Origin: an uncultured Acidobacteriota bacterium
GTDB taxonomy: Bacteria; Acidobacteriota; Terriglobia; Acidiferrales; UBA7541
NCBI GenBank assembly: GCA_963743735.1
Contig: CAVURF010000012.1
Coordinates: 32,295-96,294, forward strand
Reading direction: 5' to 3'
Length of the DNA: 64,000 nt
Shown: positions 10,730 through 21,528 of the stretch, one piece after another
How positions within the stretch are numbered: position 1 is the first letter of the stretch
Layout of the letters: every line of letters starts with the position of its first letter
Position numbers and translations under genes: made by a program
Notes under the pieces: generated by a model
Database searches by the model: none
Told to the model about the DNA's origin: nothing
Seen by the model: the letters and a program-made list of their open reading frames with translations, nothing else

Positions 10730-11911
10730 CTATTCGCAACGCAGAACCAGGCAGGTAATATCGTCAAATTGCTTTGTGGCGCCGACGAATTCGTCCACCC
10801 GTTGCAGTAAAAACTGCAATGAGCGCGTCGCGTCCCAGTCGGGCAAATTGCCGATCGCGGCGATCCATCGCGCGTCGGTGAACTCTTGCCCTTTGTCGTT
10901 GAACGCTTCCACCACGCCGTCGGTAAACAGAATCAACGCGTCTTGCGGGCCCAATTCGATCGTGCCCATTTGATATTGCGCGTCCAGGGAAATCCCAAAC
11001 GGCATGCCGCCCACTTCCAGCCGCTCGATTCCTGAATTCCCGCTGGCCCCAACGGTAGACCCATTGACGCTGTGACGCCGCACCACGGGAGCGTTGTGCC
11101 CGGCATTGATGTAGTCAAGTCGCCTGGTTTTCGGATCGTACTCCGCCAGAAGTGCCGTCGTAAAACGCATGCCATCAAAGCTGTGCGCGCAAGCGTAGCG
11201 GTTCAAACGAAACACCAGTTCGCTTAATGGCACGCCATTGCGTGCCACCGTGTGCAGGCTGGCCTGGAACGTGGCCATCAACAACGCTGCTGGCACGCTC
11301 TTTCCCGCCACGTCGGCAATCACCAAAAACAATTTTCCGCCCTCCGCAGCGTCGTTCAACGGATAGAATGCGTCGTAGTAATCGCCGGCCACCGAATTCT
11401 GTGGCCGGGTGTGAAACGCGATGTTTGCACCAGTGACCAGTGGCGGTTTCGATGGCACCAGCCAACTCTGAATTTCCCGCGCAATCTCCAGATCGCGCTT
11501 CATGGTCACTTTGTCCGCGAGTTCGAGCGACAACAGCAGCAGAAACAACAGCGCCGCCACGCCGTCCAGGTTCAGATCGAACGTAAAACTGTGGCCAACG
11601 TAAAATTTCGGGCTGGAAACGACCAGCAGGATCAACGCCAGAAACAGGATCACCCGCCGCGCCGGGGTCATCTTCATCAACAGCGCCCAGAAAAATCCTT
11701 TGGCAATTCGAAGTGGACGCCGCCAGCGCGGCAGCCGTTTAATCTCTTCCCAATCGACGTCTTTGCCGTAAAAACCGTAGCTGGCTCGCGCGTCCAAAGT
11801 GAACTGCTTCAGCAAATCATCCCATTCGCGGCCCTCGCTGATCTGGTTCCACGTGCTGGGGCCCTTGGTTGTCGTTTTTGAATTGACTGGAGGAGGCGGC
11901 GCAGTACTCAT
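10730..11911 (-). CDS. PP2C/SpoIIE-family Ser/Thr phosphatase with N-terminal TM segments
   Basis: AREIQ, GDYYD, IADVAGK, NAGH, FTDG, DDIT motifs. Confidence 0.9.
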   Translation of the reverse strand: MSTAPPPPVNSKTTTKGPSTWNQISEGREWDDLLKQFTLDARASYGFYGKDVDWEEIKRLPRWRRPLRIAKGFFWALLMKMTPARRVILFLALILLVVSSPKFYVGHSFTFDLNLDGVAALLFLLLLSLELADKVTMKRDLEIAREIQSWLVPSKPPLVTGANIAFHTRPQNSVAGDYYDAFYPLNDAAEGGKLFLVIADVAGKSVPAALLMATFQASLHTVARNGVPLSELVFRLNRYACAHSFDGMRFTTALLAEYDPKTRRLDYINAGHNAPVVRRHSVNGSTVGASGNSGIERLEVGGMPFGISLDAQYQMGTIELGPQDALILFTDGVVEAFNDKGQEFTDARWIAAIGNLPDWDATRSLQFLLQRVDEFVGATKQFDDITCLVLRCE

Positions 11912-11960
11912 TCCAAGAGTATAAGGCAGGCCCGTTCCTAAGGGAGGGTGCGACTTGGTG

Positions 11961-13235
11961 CTATTCCTTGTTTCGAGGGAAACGCGGAATTTCTCCTTTC
12001 TCGTTCTCGCGTTGCGGTTTCTCCGCGAGCAGCGATCCTCCGAACTGCACCTTGGCAAATCCGAAGCGGTCGCGCAGAGAATCCGCCGTGCGCGTCAGTT
12101 TATCCAGCTTCGCTCGCCGCCCGGGATCGAGCAAGTCCAGCTGCTCATTTCCGTGAGTCAGTCTACTCAAGGCAACTCCAATTAATCGAACCATGCGTTT
12201 CGGGTTGCGATGCTCACGAAACAACGAAACAAAAACGGCGAAGGCATCCGAATCAAACTGCACCGGATCACCGAGCGTCTTCGATCGCGTGTACGTGTCG
12301 AAACCCGTGTAGCGAATCGTAATCGTCAACGTGCGCGAAGAGAGTCCAGCTTCGCGCAATCGTTTGCACGCTTTTTGTGAAAGATGACTCAGCATCGATT
12401 CCATCGCCGCGACGTCACTGGTGTCTTCACCAAACGTATGATTCTGCGAAATCGATTTCGGCTCCGCATCCAGAACAAATTCATACCAATCTCCCCCGCG
12501 CGCTTTGCGGTAAAGCGCCGTGCCCCATTGTCCGAATATTCTTTCCAGTTTTTCTTGCGGATAGTCTGCAAGCTGATGCACGTACTCAATTCCCAGCGCT
12601 CGCAGCGCCCGTTCCGTCACTTCGCCGATGCCAGGAATCTTGCGTACCGGCAGTTGCGCCAGAAATCGTGGCTCTTGTCCCGCTGCAACCCAAAGCAGGC
12701 CGCGCGGCTTCGCCTGCTCGCTGGCTACTTTTGCCACCAATCGGGTTGACGCCAGTCCCGCGGAACACGGAAGTCCCGTAGTCTTGGTAATCGTTCGAAG
12801 TAGTGTATGCGCGGCAGCGAAAGGCGGTCCGTGCAAGCGTTCGGTTCCCGCGAGATCGAGATAGGCTTCGTCAATAGAAACCATTTCCACGATCGGCGAA
12901 AATTTCGCCAGGATGGACGCAACGCGGTCGCTCCACTCGCCGTACTTCGCGTGATGCCCGTCCAGGAAAATGGCGTGCGGACAAAGTTTGCCGGCGGTTC
13001 GAAGCGGCATCGCGGACTGAATTCCAAATTTCCGCGCTTCGTAACTCGCAGCCGAAACCACCCCGCGCTGGTCCGGCCTTCCGCCAACTACGACAGGTTT
13101 ACCGCGCAATTCCGGACGCTCTAGCAATTCCACCGAAACAAAAAACGCGTCCATGTCCACATGCAAAATAGTAGTTTCCGCCGGCAGTGCCGCCGAATCG
13201 CCATGCTTCGCTCGAAATCGCGCTAGGTCCGGCAT
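11961..13235 (-). CDS. dinB: DNA polymerase IV
   Basis: ILHVDMDAFFVSVE, SAASYEAR, SIDEAYLD, KVASEQAKP, IPGIG, little-finger domain. Confidence 0.95.
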   Translation of the reverse strand: MPDLARFRAKHGDSAALPAETTILHVDMDAFFVSVELLERPELRGKPVVVGGRPDQRGVVSAASYEARKFGIQSAMPLRTAGKLCPHAIFLDGHHAKYGEWSDRVASILAKFSPIVEMVSIDEAYLDLAGTERLHGPPFAAAHTLLRTITKTTGLPCSAGLASTRLVAKVASEQAKPRGLLWVAAGQEPRFLAQLPVRKIPGIGEVTERALRALGIEYVHQLADYPQEKLERIFGQWGTALYRKARGGDWYEFVLDAEPKSISQNHTFGEDTSDVAAMESMLSHLSQKACKRLREAGLSSRTLTITIRYTGFDTYTRSKTLGDPVQFDSDAFAVFVSLFREHRNPKRMVRLIGVALSRLTHGNEQLDLLDPGRRAKLDKLTRTADSLRDRFGFAKVQFGGSLLAEKPQRENEKGEIPRFPRNKE

Positions 13236-13264
13236 TACACAAGCGTACGCCCAGCCCACCTATC

Positions 13265-13279
13265 GAACAATAGGCGAAA
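13265..13279. promoter_or_regulatory. Candidate LexA (SOS) box upstream of dinB
   Basis: GAAC-AATAGGC-GAAA matches GAAC-N7-GAAC with one mismatch, about 30 bp upstream of dinB. Confidence 0.6.
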
Positions 13280-13329
13280 GTTCAATTTTGATTGGCAGGT
13301 TTCTCCGGAATGGAGGCGATGCTCGGCGA

Positions 13330-13738
13330 TCAGTTTGGTTCCGAGGCAAGGATTGTCAGGAATTGCCGGGGAAGAACTGTGCGGATGCCTTGGAACTGTT
13401 TGGGGAAGTGCCGGATATTGCCGGTAACAATGTAGTCCGCTCGCGCTTGCAGAGCGCATTCCACAACTTTGTTGTCGTCGGGATCGCTCGTGCCGCAAAA
13501 TTTGATCCCTGGGCTCTACCAGGATGCGGCCGCGCGAAAAACGCCAAGCGACAGGCCGACCTCGACGGTTGAGCCAAATTTGCTCCGTAGAGTACTTCGC
13601 CAACTCTGCCAACAGCTCTTCGGAGACAAAACACCGAAAAAATCGGGAAAAGACCAAATCGAAGATAGAGCGATGCGGGCCTTCGAAATTCAAGTGGGCG
13701 GAAATGACAACCTTCGTGTCCAGTACCGCTCTAACCAT
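13330..13738 (-). pseudogene. PIN-domain (VapC-like) toxin, frameshifted
   Basis: MVRAVLDTKVVISA N-terminus and SEELLAE helix typical of PIN toxins; downstream frame broken. Confidence 0.6.
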
Positions 13739-13960
13739 TCTTGCCGCGGCGCTCGCGACGATGCCGCTTTATCTTCAAGATTGATTGTCCGCAACGGGAT
13801 ACGGTCAAGACCGTTGGTTTTGGCCGCGCTGCCGAATCTTCTGCAGAGCCGGGGGAGCCTTCCGGCAAAGTTCCGCAGATACTCCTCAACGCTCATGATG
13901 ATTGCTTGAGGCTCCCCGCCGGCTATCGACTACAAAGCGTTCTTTGTTCTGTCGTACGCG
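13730..13960 (-). pseudogene. Probable cognate antitoxin remnant
   Basis: Short ORF fragments (MSVEEYLRNFA..., AKTNGLD) directly upstream of and overlapping the PIN gene. Confidence 0.35.
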
Positions 13961-14077
13961 TCTCAGGATCTGCCCAAGCTGAGTCCGCGCAGTCAGTGCA
14001 GGAACACACTTGCAAGACCGGTTTCGTCTTCATACGGGGCTCTTCCTGGTGCGCCGAACTGATTAATTAGTTCGCTC

Positions 14078-15093
14078 TCAGGTTGCGTGTTCGGATCCCG
14101 ATGCGCAAGTTTTTTCGGCGGAGAGGACGCGGGGGATACCGCTGAGGTCGTTGGTGACGCCGACGTTGCTCCAGGCCGGAGTATCGAGTAGCGGCTGGAC
14201 GGCGGGCAGGGAATCGTGGCCCAGTTCGAGGACGAGAATGCCGCCGGGCTTGAGATGCGCAGCGGATTGGGTGATGAGGTCGGCGTAAAATTCGTAACCT
14301 TCGTCGCCGCCGAAGAGTGCGATGGCGGGTTCGTGGTCGCGAACTTCAGGCGCAAGAGTTGCCGCTTCGCGCCGCGCGATGTATGGCGGGTTGCTGACGA
14401 TGAGATCGAACAGAAGTGACTGGTGACTAGTGACTAGTGACTCGTGATTCGCGAGTCGTGACTCGTAAGTTTCGGCCGAGCTTGGGTTGCCAAGTAGGGG
14501 CACGATATATCGTGCCCCTACAGCTGCCGCGCCACCAACAAGTTAGATTGCAAGGAACGTGATGCGATCGGAGAATCCGAGGCGGGTGGCGTTGCGCTCG
14601 CGCGACTACGAGCGCGGCCGAGAAATGTCGAGCGCGTAGAATTCTTGCGACGGGAAGTTCTTTGGCGAGGGCAATGGCGATGCAGCCGGAGCCGGTACCG
14701 ATGTCGGCGACGAGCAATCCTTCGCCGGACATGTTCTGCGTTTGCTTGGCACGGAGATCGCGCAAGGCGAGACGGTCAAGCGCGACTTCGATGACGTGCT
14801 CGGTTTCCGGGCGCGGTATGAGTACATCGGGCGTGACTTCAAATTCGAGCCCCCAGAATTCTTGCTTGCCGGTAAGGTGCTGAGTTGGCACGCCTGCGGC
14901 GCGACGCTCGATCAACGAGAAATAATTTTGCGATTCAGATTCGGTGAGCTGATCTTCGGGATGAGAGTACAGAGCTGTGCGGGTGCGGCCGGTCGACGTG
15001 GAGCAGGAGCAATTCCGCGGCAAAGGTGTGCGAGGAAATATTTGCTGCGCGCAATTGCGCGATTCCTAGTTTGAGTGCGGTGCGGATGTCCAT
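14078..15093 (-). CDS. prmC: Release factor glutamine methyltransferase (frameshifted, with an internal repeat insertion)
   Basis: VLIPRPETE, DIGTGSGCIA, FDLIVSNPPY, EP..ALFGG, LELG; directly downstream of prfA. Confidence 0.9.
14416..14471. repeat. Tandem heptamer repeat (GTGACTN x about 8) inside prmC
   Basis: gtgactg gtgacta gtgacta gtgactc gtgattc gcgagtc gtgactc gtaagtt. Confidence 0.85.
14494..14521. repeat. GTAG-type REP-like perfect palindrome
   Basis: GTAGGGGCACGATATATCGTGCCCCTAC is a perfect 28-bp palindrome starting with GTAG. Confidence 0.85.
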
Positions 15094-15158
15094 GCGTCGG
15101 ATAAGACTAAGGATAACGCAGAGACGCGGAGTGCGCAGAGATTCGCGAAGAATGCGAA

Positions 15159-15274
15159 GAGAGATTCCTCACTCCGCAGACTCGGTTCGGAAACGGCGTT
15201 CAAAAAGCGTTCGCGCATCTTCGTTTTATCGCAAAGAAAAAAGACGTCATTCCGAGAGCAGCCAGGAATCTCTC
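15159..15274. repeat. MITE/REP-like inverted-repeat element between prfA and prmC
   Basis: GAGAGATTCCT (15159) and AGGAATCTCTC (15264) form a perfect 11-bp IR, with inner TCGGAA/TTCCGA arms. Confidence 0.55.
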
Positions 15275-15325
15275 GTCGATGGTGGCGCGCGCCTCAGTGT
15301 GCCCACAAATGGCGAAACTCATCGA

Positions 15326-16420
15326 TCAGACTGCGGCGAGTTCTTGTTTCAGGCGTTCGGCTTCGTAGTGGCCGGAGAGGCCGTCGACTAGAGGGGCTAG
15401 TTTGCCTTCCATCACGTCGGTAAGCTGGTGCAGGGTGAGGCCGATGCGGTGATCGGTGACGCGGTTTTGCGGGAAATTATAGGTGCGGATTTTTTCCGAA
15501 CGGTCGCCGGTTTTGATCTGACCACGGCGCTCGGCGCCGAGAGCGGCTTGCTGTTTTTCCAGTTCCATTTCGTATAAGTCGTGAACGCAGAACGCGCATT
15601 GCTTTTGCGCGATTCTTGATTTGCGATTTTTCGTCCTGCTGCGAAACGACCAGGCCACTAGGCAGATGCGTAATGCGCACGGCGGAATAGGTGGTGTTGA
15701 CAGACTGGCCGCCGGGTCCAGACGAACAGAAGGTGTCGATGCGTAAATCCTTGGCTTCGATTTTGATATCAATGTCGTCGGCTTCGGGCAGGACGGCTAC
15801 GGTAGCTGCGGAAGTGTGAATGCGGCCCTGTGTTTCGGTTGCAGGAACTCGCTGCACGCGGTGCACGCCGCTTTCGTATTTCAACTTGGAATACACTTTG
15901 TTGCCGGCGATGGCGACGACAACTTCTTTCAGTCCACCCAGTGACGACGGCGAACTTTCCAGAATTTCTACTTTCCAATTTTGTGTTTCCGCGTAGCGCG
16001 AGTACATGCGGAAATAGTTCGGCAGCGAACAGAGCGGCTTCGTCGCCTCCAGTGCCCGCGCGAATTTCGACGATTACGTTCTTGTCGTCGTTGGGATCCT
16101 TCGGCAGCAGCAGCAGTTTCAGTTCGCGTTCGACAATTTCCTTGCGCTCGAGTAATTGCTTTTCCTCGTCGTGCGCCATTTGCTTCATTTCCGGGTCTTC
16201 GATTTTCGAGCACCATCTGATGCGCGCCGGCGAGATCTTTTTCGATTTGCTTGAATTCGCGATGCTTGTTGACGATTTCGGCGAGCTCGGAGTGTTGCTT
16301 GGCAAGTTTCTGAAAACGCGCGGAATCGGAGACAGCTTCGGGGGTGGATAGCTGCTGCGTCATCTCTTCATAGCGATTGCCAAGCTGGTCGAGTTTTTCG
16401 GAGAGCGTGAGTACGGCCAT
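15326..16420 (-). CDS. prfA: Peptide chain release factor 1 (apparent frameshifts, likely sequencing errors)
   Basis: [25 protein letters not shown] (RF1 PxT motif), [20 protein letters not shown]. Confidence 0.93.
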
Positions 16421-16675
16421 ATGAACCTCAAAGAAGTCAGCGGTGAACAGGATGTCGCTACAGGCACAAACAGCGAGAGACTTCGCAGAGAAGTGACGAG
16501 GCGACCGCTAATGGAAGGAGCAAATCATCTGTCAGACAGTATACTACGATTCGCCATAATATCGCATCCGCAGGATGCGCCAGGTACGCAGCGCGGATAG
16601 AGTGCTTAGTTGGACGTCGCCGCAATTCGGTGCGCTTTTGTTTCTCCTGTCCGCCATCTCGTACACTGCTTTCCT

Positions 16676-17813
16676 ATGGACCAGATTTCGGTTGTAGTCA
16701 TCGGAGGAGGAGTCGTCGGCTGCGCGGTCGCGCATGCACTCTCTGGCCGTTGGCCGGACGTTTTTCTTTTGGAGCAGATGCCGAAAGTCGGGAATGATGA
16801 CGAGTTCGCGCAACAGTGGGGTAATTCACTCCGGCCTTTATTATCGCGAAGGATTCGTTGAAGGCGCGTCATTGTCTCGAAGGAAACCGCCTGACGTACG
16901 AGTTCTGCGAGTCACAATCAGGTGCCACACAGGCGCACCGGCAAGTTGATTGTGGGAGCGCAGCGCGGACGAGGAAAAAGAGCTCTTGGCATTGAAGGCA
17001 CGTGGCGAAGCGAATGGCGTAGAAGGAATCCGCGTCATCGATCGACGCGGAGATCCGAAAAGCGGGAGCCGCATGTTAGCGGGTGTTGCCGCGCTGGAAA
17101 TTCCTTCGACGGGAATTTGTTCGGCTGAGGAAATGGTACGAGCTTACGCACGGATCGCTTGGAACGCGGCGCGCACATTCTGACTCGCGCGCGAGTGAAA
17201 GCGTTGCAGCGCGTCGGAGCGACGCTGTCCGCGTTACAGTGGAGATCGGCGATCCGGAAAACGCGGTGGCGGAAGAAATCGAAGCACGTTGCGTTGTGAA
17301 TGCGGCGGGATTGTTTGCAGACGAGGTGGCAGGACTGCTGGGAAACTAACTCGTGGAAAATTTATCCGGTGCGCGGCGAATACTGCGAGATTCGAGGAGG
17401 CCAAATCGTCAATGATCAACGGTCTGGTGTATCCGTTGCCGCATCCTGACATTCTAAGCCTGGGTGTACATTTCACGAAGACATTGTGGGGAACAGTGCT
17501 AGTGGGGCCGAGCGCGACTTACGTGTCGGAGAAGAATAACTACGAACGCGACCGGCTTTCGATTGCGGAATTCGCGCAAAGCGCACAAGAACTTTTGCCA
17601 GAACTCAAAGAAGCCGACCTGCAGTTGGGCTATTCCGGACTGCGGCCGAAACTGGTGGCACCGGAGCAAAAGGCCCAGGCCGATTTTGTGATTACACGTG
17701 ACCGACGGGTGCCGCGAGCAATTCACCTGGTGGGCATCGAATCGCCGGGATTGACGGCAGCTCCTTCGATCGCGCGACAGGTGACGCAATTGGTGGCTGA
17801 AACGCTCGAGTAG
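16676..17813 (+). CDS. FAD-dependent oxidoreductase, L-2-hydroxyglutarate oxidase (LhgO)-like, frameshifted
   Basis: IGGGVVG, TSSRNSGVIHSG, VNAAGLFAD, LGVHFT, YSGLRPK, GIESPGLTA. Confidence 0.85.
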
Positions 17814-17908
17814 GGATGTTTGGCAGAGATGCTGGAGACCGGCAAGTACCGTCTCGCGTAAGCAGGCGCATTGCTCGCGAAGCAGAGGTGTACTACGATG
17901 CGGCTAGA

Positions 17909-19097
17909 ATGACACGAGCACAAATTCAAGAGCACGCTGCGGAAAACGAAAGCGCACAGAAAGCGGAGCGCGACGCTGCGGATTCCTGTGGGATTTTTGG
18001 TATCCGGCGGCGCGCAGTTCGGAAATACGGGGCCGGAACCTGGCAAAGGCGATGCTGCTGGAAGTTCCGCTGGTGTTGGGGCGGACCGATGACGGCAAAT
18101 CGTTCGCCGTGCGCGACGCTTGTCCGCATCGCGGAATACCTCTCTCGTATGGACGGTTTGACGGCAAGAACGTGGAGTGCAGTTATCACGGATGGAAGTT
18201 CGATGGGTCGCAGCGGGCAGTGCGTGGAAATTCCTTCGCTGACCAGCCAGGACAAGTTGAAAGTAGAGCGGATTTTTGCTGGGCATTATCCGTGCGTGGA
18301 GAATGACGGATATGTCTGGGTGTTTATGGCGGGGCGGTCGCAGACTCAGTGACGGGGGCGGTTGGCGATCAAACGGATCGTCCGCTAGAAGCCTGCTACA
18401 AAAGATACTGAACCGACACTGGTGACGAATACCTGGAAAACCCGCGAAGACTGGCGACATTCAGCGAGCGATATAAGAACACGCATCTGGCCTGTGATTT
18501 GCCGTCACATGTGGACCAGGGAATTATCGGGTTGATGGATCCGGCGCACGGACCGTTTGTGCATCAATCGTGGTTTTGGCGGAGCAAGAAAAGTATTCAC
18601 GAAAAGGCGAAACAGTTTGAGCCGATTCCGTTTGGGTTTCGCATGAGCACGCACTCGCCGAGCACAACAGTGCGCCCTATCAATTGTTGAAGAAGATGAC
18701 TGGCGCTCCGGTGACTACGACCATTGATTTTGTTCTGCCGAATATGCGGACGGAAGAGATTCGCAGCGGGAAGCTATGGTTTTCGAGCCTGACTACCGTC
18801 ACTCCGGTGCGGCAGGGATTTGAGCCGGATTGATTTTGTGGCGGCGTGGAATGTGCCGCTGCCGGTGACGCATTTTCCGCGCGTTCGCGAAAACATTTTT
18901 GAAGCAGGATCAGGAGACGATGATCCGGCAGGCGGAAGGGTTGAAGCACAATCCGCGGCTGATGTTGATTGATGATGCGGACCGTCCCGGCGAAGTGGTA
19001 TTTCGCGTTGAAGGCGAACTTGATTGAGGCGCGACGGACAGGGGCTCAGATGGTGCGTCCGATGGACGGACCGATGACGTTGCGGTGGAGATCGTAG
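17909..19097 (+). CDS. Rieske 2Fe-2S aromatic ring-hydroxylating oxygenase alpha subunit, frameshifted
   Basis: DACPHRG...CSYHGW Rieske motif; MDPAHGPFVH mononuclear-iron motif; frame ends ...TLRWRS* at TAG 19097. Confidence 0.8.
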
Positions 19098-19208
19098 GGG
19101 CGAAGGTCGTAAGCAACGCAGTCTGCCGCAGAATGACTCTCCCGCGGCGCCTCGCCACAGCTCGCTCTGCGGCTCGGGTATCCGATCTGGCCAGCATGGT
19201 CATTCTTT

Positions 19209-20933
19209 TCAGATGCCTGCGGCTCGGGGACGGTTCAATAGTTCGCGCGCGAACCGTTCGCGTGTGTCTCGGCGGGAGATCTTGCCAGCCGTGCTTTTGA
19301 CAATCCACCGCTCTGGCACGACAGCCTCATAGCGTGGGGCAACGCCGATTGTAGAAAGAACGACTCGATGGATTTCCTGCCTCAGCACGTCGGCCTTAGC
19401 CGCATCGTATTCTCCACGCAGCTCTGCCACCACGGCGAGGCTTTCGGTTCCATACTGCTCATTATCGATTCCAAAGGCTACGACTCGACCTGGGTAAACG
19501 CCGTCAAGTGGATTTACCACGACTTCTACGTCTTCCGGAAAAATGTTCTGTCCGCCCACAATAATGATGTCTTTCAATCGTCCGATAACATACAAGTCGT
19601 CTCCGGCCATAAAGCCGTAATCGCCAGTGGTATGCCAGCCTTCGTCCGAAATCGATGAGGTCACGAGACCGTCGCTGGTCCAGTAGCCGCCAAACAAGCA
19701 TCTGCTGCGGAGTTGAATATTGCCAGGTTCAGCCTCTGCGCAAACAGACCCTTCAGGGTTGATAGCCCGAACTTCCATGCCTGGTAGAATCCGGCCACTG
19801 GAGACGTACATCTCGTCGACGAGATCGAAGGAAGTCTGGCCCAACGAGACTGTCCTGTGGCGCACGCCACTGCGCGGGAAGGTATTCGGAAAGTTTCCCA
19901 ACGGTGTCTGGGTAACGGCAAATACATTTTCAGCCATGGCGTATGATCCCAGCAGTGCTTCGTGCTTGACACCCCATGGCACAAAGGCCTTCGCGAACTC
20001 CCGGAAAGAGCGGAGCCGTATGGGTTCGGAACAGTTGATCCAGCCGCGCACATGTCCCAGGGAGTACGGCCCTTTCATGTGGTGTCGCTGAGCCTCCAGA
20101 TAGGAGAAAGCAAAATTAGGAAGCCAGCAGAACGTGGCCTGATATCGATCCATAAACTGGAATAGAAGCTCGGGCTTGATCAGCCAATCGGTCGCACTGA
20201 ATTGCAACGAAGGTGCTGCGTGCCAAAGGGGGAACCACAGGCACGCAATCAGCCCCATGTCATGATACATCGGTAACCACGATGCCACACCGTCCCTTTC
20301 CGTGAAGTCCAGGAATGCGCGGAGACGCTCCAGTTGCTCGGTGAGCATGGATGCGGTTACCACAACTGCTTTCTGCGTGCCCGTGGTGCCTCCTGAAAAC
20401 TGAAGGAAAAGGTCACCTGCGGACGCGCAGCCCGGAGTTGGCTTCAGGGTGTCACTATTGGGGAGATCGAGCCGTAGCGGAATTGCGAAAGAGTTTTCCA
20501 GTTCCGAAGCATTCTCAACCGGACACGCCGTGGTGGGAAAGGGGAGTCCGGATGCCAGATTGGCGGCCAGGAGGGGTAGCGTAATCAGTTGTTGCGCGGG
20601 AAGACGCCGCAACTGGTGGACCAGGTTGCGTTGATATTTCTCCGGGTCGATGCGGCTGGTCGGCCATGCCAGAATGGCAGGCAACCGACCTTGGAGAATT
20701 AATCCCAGGTGAAGCAGAAAGAGCTCCACTGAATGGGGAAGCAGCAACAGGACCACGCCACCTTCCGGTGATTGCAGGCATCTTGCGGCCAACTCGGGAG
20801 CTTGGGCCAGGATGTCGGCCCCCGTGATTTCCGACGTCGCTGCCGTGGAGGAAGGTACGACGCGTATCAGCACACGTTCGCTGTTTTGCTTCAGTCGAGA
20901 ACACAATTCTTCCCGGAAAGCTCTGGAGTTCAT
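19209..20933 (-). CDS. Fatty acyl-AMP ligase / AMP-binding enzyme
   Basis: FLQFSGGTTG..K, SWLPMYHDMGLI, YAMAE, TGD, GRLKDIIIVGG, KSTAGK. Confidence 0.88.
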   Translation of the reverse strand: MNSRAFREELCSRLKQNSERVLIRVVPSSTAATSEITGADILAQAPELAARCLQSPEGGVVLLLLPHSVELFLLHLGLILQGRLPAILAWPTSRIDPEKYQRNLVHQLRRLPAQQLITLPLLAANLASGLPFPTTACPVENASELENSFAIPLRLDLPNSDTLKPTPGCASAGDLFLQFSGGTTGTQKAVVVTASMLTEQLERLRAFLDFTERDGVASWLPMYHDMGLIACLWFPLWHAAPSLQFSATDWLIKPELLFQFMDRYQATFCWLPNFAFSYLEAQRHHMKGPYSLGHVRGWINCSEPIRLRSFREFAKAFVPWGVKHEALLGSYAMAENVFAVTQTPLGNFPNTFPRSGVRHRTVSLGQTSFDLVDEMYVSSGRILPGMEVRAINPEGSVCAEAEPGNIQLRSRCLFGGYWTSDGLVTSSISDEGWHTTGDYGFMAGDDLYVIGRLKDIIIVGGQNIFPEDVEVVVNPLDGVYPGRVVAFGIDNEQYGTESLAVVAELRGEYDAAKADVLRQEIHRVVLSTIGVAPRYEAVVPERWIVKSTAGKISRRDTRERFARELLNRPRAAGI

Positions 20934-21074
20934 CAGAAACTCCTCACAAACGCTCGACGTGGCGCCTTCGCCTGTCGATAGCGGTTCCCAGGGTCGGAAG
21001 TTATGTTTACCATTGCTATGTAGGCCCTACCATACTATCGAGCCCCTACATGGCTGATTGGCCCGGGCGGCCCT

Positions 21075-21184
21075 GCGAAGTGCTATTTCGCGTTGAAGGC
21101 GAATTTTGCTCCGAGGCGCGGCGGACGGGTGCGGAGATGGTGCATCTCATGGACGGGCCGGTGACGTTCTGGTGGCGACCGTAG
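21075..21184 (+). repeat. Degenerate direct-repeat copy of the Rieske gene 3' end (18990-19097)
   Basis: gcgaagtg(g/c)tatttcgcgttgaaggcgaa...agatggtgc...atggacgg...tgacgtt...ggtgg..a.cgtag occurs at both positions. Confidence 0.85.
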
Positions 21185-21528
21185 TTCTGCGTAGAAGATA
21201 GGAACTGTAGTTCCTAATTTGTGGCGAAGGTCATACCCACCCCGATATTTTTCCTTTCAGTGTTCGCGAGCGATTGAAAACACGAGGCTTAATCTTACGG
21301 CAGCGCCCAAATGTCCCTAAGTAATTCAAAACCAAATAAGTACAGCTATACCTGACTAGTATTGCGTCACAGATGTCAATAGGCTCGGAGCGGGAACTTC
21401 GTTGTGGCTGGGCAGAGGCGGCAGGGCGATGTTTTTAACACAGAGTTCGCGGACGATTTTGGCCGAGATCTGCGGATTTACGGTTCGGCCCGATTGAGGG
21501 GCTAAGGCGCGACGAATACTCCGAGGAT

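Noticed and set aside
15326-16420. Programmed frameshifting or pseudogenisation of prfA
   Set aside because: It is RF1 (PAT motif), not RF2, and has several shifts without a CTTTGA site. Neighbouring genes show the same scattered indels, so sequencing error is the simplest explanation.
18990-21184. Rieske 3' duplication as a DGR template/variable repeat pair
   Set aside because: Differences are not adenine-specific and include indels, and there is no reverse transcriptase in the window.
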